This document shows positions 60,386 to 64,000 of a DNA stretch of 64,000 bases, piece after piece. The position numbers were made by a program, and so were the translations under genes. Origin of the DNA: Laetmonice hystrix (lineage: Eukaryota); contig OZ249437.1 in NCBI GenBank assembly GCA_965235115.1, forward strand, positions 30,194,001 through 30,258,000, given 5' to 3'. The first letter of the stretch is position 1. Each line of letters opens with the position of its first letter. The notes below the pieces were generated by a model. It did no database searches. It was not told the DNA's origin and saw nothing but the letters and a program-made list of their open reading frames with translations.

Positions 60386-63300
60386 CACTCAGATAATGAA
60401 CAGAAGAGAAACTCTCTCACATCATCACCATTCTAATTATTTAAGTGGTATCCTTATTGAATTACTTTGGTGATGTATTTACACCATAACTAGTGCTTTT
60501 TAAATACAGGGCACGTGATACAGTACTTATTCACTTGAACAGGAACCTGTGTATCTAAATCGTTAGTGTTCTGCTTTCGTGCCAACTCCCGCTTAGCGAT
60601 TCTTCCTAAAGCTGCTGACACTAAGTACGGATGGTAGCAGCAGTATTACTCGTCCAGTCATAACCTAATGATTATATAGTCCAATGTTCATCTGTTATCA
60701 ACATTATTCTTTACAAATTAAGCTTGTAAATGCTATACGCGCGTGGTGGCCATTGACATGATAAATCCCAACGATTTATGATGGAAGTTGAAAGGAATGA
60801 CAGTATTATTCTATGAATGGTTAGGATGCAGCGCCCCCTATACATGTACACAATGTAGTACTGTGTCGTCGTTCAGATGCCCTCTGGGGTCAGTGAGTGC
60901 GGCGCGGCCTCCACATCCGACATGGTGGTCACGTGCTAATCCCTGATTATTGTGATTCTTCACGGGAACCTAGTTTTCCAGCCTTGATTGCCTATATCTC
61001 ATCAATTCTTACATACTTGAAGCCTGGTTCAGTGGTTGTAGTTCTACAACGTCAGGCCAACCCGGTAGGCAAGTCTTCCTCGTATATGCTTCTGTCCATG
61101 TCGGTACAATTTCTTTGCTATTCAGATCCCAGAGGGTAGATTGTGTTAGTTTGTAAACAAATGACTTTATAATATAGTAACAATTCCTTCCTGTCAGCGT
61201 ACTGTGTCAACCAACGAGTATACAGTGAGGTAACCGAAGTAATGTGTAGTACATATTCAAACCGCGAGGTGGCAGTGATGTCACCAGAGCAACATCTCAC
61301 CACAAGAGGTCGCTGTAGTGCTGCATCCATGGGCGGACCACTTGGGCCTACATTAGTGTCGACTGTATCGGTATAAATACGAACTAGTATATTCACCAAT
61401 GATGGACAGATTAAAACGCAATGATTTATAAATATTATTTAATGCAATGAGTAATACAAGTTTGAAAGCATAATACGAACCGCAGATTCTTAAATGAATA
61501 TTTGTGGTCAATTTCAAGATGGTGCTAGGAGTAAGTGTGACATTTTCTAATACATGTACTGTACTGGCCGATAATCGAATGTCAGTAACCTTATGTCAAC
61601 AAAGCTGTTGAATCGCGGCATGTCTACGAATCTACATGCCCGAACTGGAAGCTATGCAGAGAAGGGGCATGAAAGTATTCTTAATATTGTTTCATGATTG
61701 TTTGCAATGCAGACACTTAATTAGTAAATGAAAACAGTTAATGTACGTGCCCGCCTGTGAACACAGCAAGTTATGTGAATGTTTAATTGATCCCAAATGG
61801 TTGGGCCGGTTGGCGATGTAATGCCACCTAATAAAACAATAAGCGATGACAAGGATAAAAGAAGTTATGTTGTCACTCGCTAGATGGCTCTCGCTGGTGG
61901 CTAATTTCAAACAGTGTCTGGTAACAACCTCAAACAATTAAATGGTGACATTTGACTTGACCTATAGGCTTAATGATATGTATGAAACATGAATGTGCCC
62001 CTGTGCACACTGTTTTGTACGAGGCGTATTAAGTGATTCTGGTAATTTACCACCCTTATACATGTGAACTTTTCATCGCACTTAACCTGTTCCTATTCAG
62101 ACCCAGTAGACACCCACCCAGTGATGTCCGTTATAGATTATACAATTTATTTTTGTATCTTCACATGCGCTAGAGGCAGGAAAAGGAATTGTCTGTAATA
62201 TAGAATACACCACGATTAAAGGCGTCTTGGGACATTCTGTATTGAAACATATCAGAACGCCCACGTAATTGTTATATGGTACCAGCGATGATCATGATCA
62301 AACATTTTAATGACTATACATATCATTTAACAATGCTGAACGTGTGCCGAGTGGGCCTACTAGGGTTGGTATTGTTCTCAGTGTAGAGGATTGTGCCTGG
62401 CCAGGTGGGGCATGTATATTCCCACATTGCATCAATATGTTATAGACAGTAGGATTTCTTTTGTATGGACGCCAGTGAAATAAAACTATGTATACATATG
62501 ACCTGACGAGCTGTGTCGGTTCTCCTTTACCGCCCCTCTCTCTCTCTCTCTATCATGGATAAGAAGGGACAGTAGCCTAGGGCTATTTTATTACAAATGG
62601 ATAACTAGAAATAACTAAGGGCCTAACCTTACACCCACCCAGAAAAGGTAGAAAGAGAATTTTATAAAGGACAGCCCAAGTATACGCATTACCACGCCGC
62701 CTTCAATAACATTCCAAGTTGTAGGCTACATAAACGAGATAGAGCTAGGCATATTAGGTCTATAAAACCCTCTTTTCGACCATGGGTGGGACTAGTCACT
62801 TTATGCCCATCATGATCTCGACCTACTGAAGAAAATCTTGGCGCTTGTTTTTTCAACCATGCAGTATGGCATTGCTAAAAGATATGACCATTTCATTGAA
62901 CATTCGGAAATCCCCAGCCGACTTGAAGCATTGCAAGCCCACAGTGCAGCTCCCCGGCCAAGCCAAGCGTCAGTTCCCGAGCACGTGCCTAGAGGGATGC
63001 CATGAAGCGACACCGAGGCTGAGGGGATTCCTGCCCACGTGACCATCTGAAGCCACGACATTGTCAACACTACACGAGTAGGGAGCCGTTAGCAGGGGCA
63101 CCATCCGAGGGAGGAAATCCATGAAAAGAGTTGGTTTACCACCAACCTTCGGGCTGGATACAACCGGCAAACTGTTCTCCAAGATCTACAATGTGTTTTC
63201 TTGTTCAAAGAAGACCCAGGTGAGTGTTAAACAGAATCTTTATAAAGTTGATAGTGCGTGGGAAACGAGCGTTCCAGACCGTTTCAACTTTCACCGTACC

Positions 63301-64000
63301 ATAAGATAAGTGCACCGACTGCGCCAACGCTCACAAAGTGATGCTTGCCTGGCTGACAGTCGAAAGGCCATCTCGACGCGATAACATCCGACAGTTTTTA
63401 GGCCCAATGACCGTTTGCTTTGTTATAATGAGGGTGAACTTGTGTAAGGAGAGAGTGAATGTTTGTGGTAATCATGGTCCTCAGTGGGTCGGTCGGTACG
63501 GCTCGAGGCCGGTGGGACTCGGTTACCACGGCAGGCTGGCCGTGAGGGGTGGTAGATCGCGTGCCAGGCAGGCGCCGGGCCGGGAGCCGAGTCTCAGCTG
63601 ACGCCATCGACAGCCCGGCCCCGGTCACTGCGCCCGGTCCTTGCCCGCAGTCCCTGCCCTTACTCCGGCCCCATGTCCCAGCCAACCTGCCACACGCCGC
63701 GTGCCGTCAAGACGATCATTTGAGTACATATATGTGTGTAATACGAACAGTTGGTTGTCAAAGTAAAGGACTCAAGGAGGCCCTAGTCTAGACGTGTGAA
63801 ACTGCTTCTCGACAGCCATTTATTGAAACCATCTCCCTGGCCTGAGGGAGAGAGAGAGAGAGTTCCAAGTAGGCTATAAATCTAGACCTATAATAGATGG
63901 GCGTAGATCGGCTCCAGATTCTCATATTATGTAATTACCGAGTTGTTACTTTCAGTAGGCTCCTACACGCCTTGAGGCTTGACTCATGTAGCAGAGGTCG

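Overview
This is eukaryotic (metazoan, probably invertebrate; taxon not determinable here) intron-rich DNA. It carries the 3' three-quarters of a single talin gene on the + strand. I assembled by hand 34 GT-AG exons (4214-59269, 5733 nt, 1910 aa plus stop). They read in one frame and follow vertebrate talin from the end of rod domain R1 through R2-R13 (I/LWEQ actin-binding domain) to the dimerisation helix; the FERM head lies upstream of the window. The standout feature is an array of 11 extra phase-0/phase-0 exons (11594-16485) between helix 3 and helix 4 of the R3 mechanosensor bundle. Each encodes a charged linker, often starting with a GY[TQSE][ST][DE] motif, plus a diverged copy of R3 helix 4 (LxxA[AV]xx[LV]xx[AV]TxxLxxDILE). 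Together they could add up to 454 aa. All 11 use AG|GT donors lacking +5G, whereas 30 of 33 constitutive donors have it. Other candidates: a 51-nt in-frame cassette at the junction homologous to human TLN1 exon 17b, a possible internal first exon in the 11.8-kb intron, cassettes in the R12-R13 linker, several minisatellites, CTCF-like motifs and a CCAAT cluster after the stop codon. All exon calls come from reading the sequence and remembered talin sequence; no alignment or expression data were run.
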